DNA of 64,000 nucleotides from Massalongia carnosa (Eukaryota): NCBI GenBank assembly GCA_965645245.1, contig OZ287077.1, positions 1,984,001 to 2,048,000 of the forward strand, read 5' to 3'. Shown piece by piece: positions 63,078 to 64,000 of this stretch (position 1 is its first letter; each line of letters starts with the position of its first letter). The notes under the pieces were generated by a model. It saw only the letters and a program-made list of their open reading frames with translations, ran no database searches and was not told where the DNA came from. The position numbers and the translations under genes were made by a program.

Positions 63078-64000
63078 CGTGACAAGAAAGCAGGTACAAC
63101 AAAGCGATGACCGCGAACTAAAGGAAAGAATGAATACTTTACGTAGCTCCCCGAAATCGGGATTACGGGATATGTCGAAAGGGCGGACAGACAATTCAGA
63201 CGGGACAGATGAAACAGACTAATCAGGACGAGGAACATTGCCATATGATTTGAGGACTGTTTGAACATCAAGAACGGGAGGGACGGAAGAAGAATATCCG
63301 GACGGTCAATTACAAGCTACATGATAAGTTGAAGAATCTGATAAAAAAACGGAGACTCCCGATATTTAAACCCCCCAGTAACGTACTAACTAGTTCGTCT
63401 ATGGCGAGAGCTAGTGCGGGACCGATGCTATTCGGCTACCAGCGGTTCTCTACGCATGACGGGGACAACAGGTGATGCAAAATCCGGACCTCTTCGGTTT
63501 TGCACGGTTATCCGCCAGGAGCTGGTTCGGATAACGACGGGGGATCGGATAGGGAAGGATGGATGACAGGGGGGAGATGGAGGCTATATAGAGGGCCAAA
63601 GCAGTCCTACATCTCCTCATCATCTCGGATTCGGAGGTAGCACTGCATAGTAGTTTTTGACCCGCCTACCCACTCCAGGTTTCAGCCGCAGAGGTAGAGG
63701 GAGTATCCACCGCGATCTGCACCAAGGCCCAAAGGGGGCGCTAGGTAGAGGCGCCGGCGAGAGTGACGGCGCCAGCAAGGTGCAGATCGCTGTGTTTCCG
63801 CCAACCTTAGAAATAGAAGCAATAGGAGGTCACATGAACTAGCTACTCGAGATGACTGGGATATGCAACAAACCTAGATATGCAACAGCACTAGTAGGGG
63901 TTTACCCGAAGTTTGACCGATAATCTTCTGATTAGCATTGCCAGTCTTCCTTATCGAATTTGGCTGCAGTATCTTCAGAGCACTAATAATTGCAAGCAAC

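Overview
Intron-containing filamentous-ascomycete (Pezizomycotina) genomic DNA; the genes have short GT-AG introns with CTRAC branch sites. A core block at 11-17 kb holds SGF11, a NAT5/NAA50-like GNAT, a glucokinase and MIC19. Around it lie accessory genes: a HeLo-like/ankyrin protein, a stand-alone trehalose-6-phosphate phosphatase domain with a hydrophobic N-terminus, a lipase-NACHT-WD40 NLR-type gene, a RimJ/L GNAT, cyanamide hydratase, a secreted alginate-lyase-like protein, an MFS permease and an RBR ligase. The secreted candidates also include an intronless B-lectin fusion with a GC-rich, bacterial-looking C-terminal half, a protein with seven 6-Cys repeats, and an atypical hydrophobin-like protein. 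The 45-59 kb region is a transposon hotspot: two solo LTRs that each carry a nested insertion, a pogo DNA transposon, a Tad1-like LINE with a 14-bp TSD, and a 110-nt hairpin. A probable Harbinger-type MITE lies just upstream of the phosphatase gene. All calls come from manual motif reading; no searches were run.
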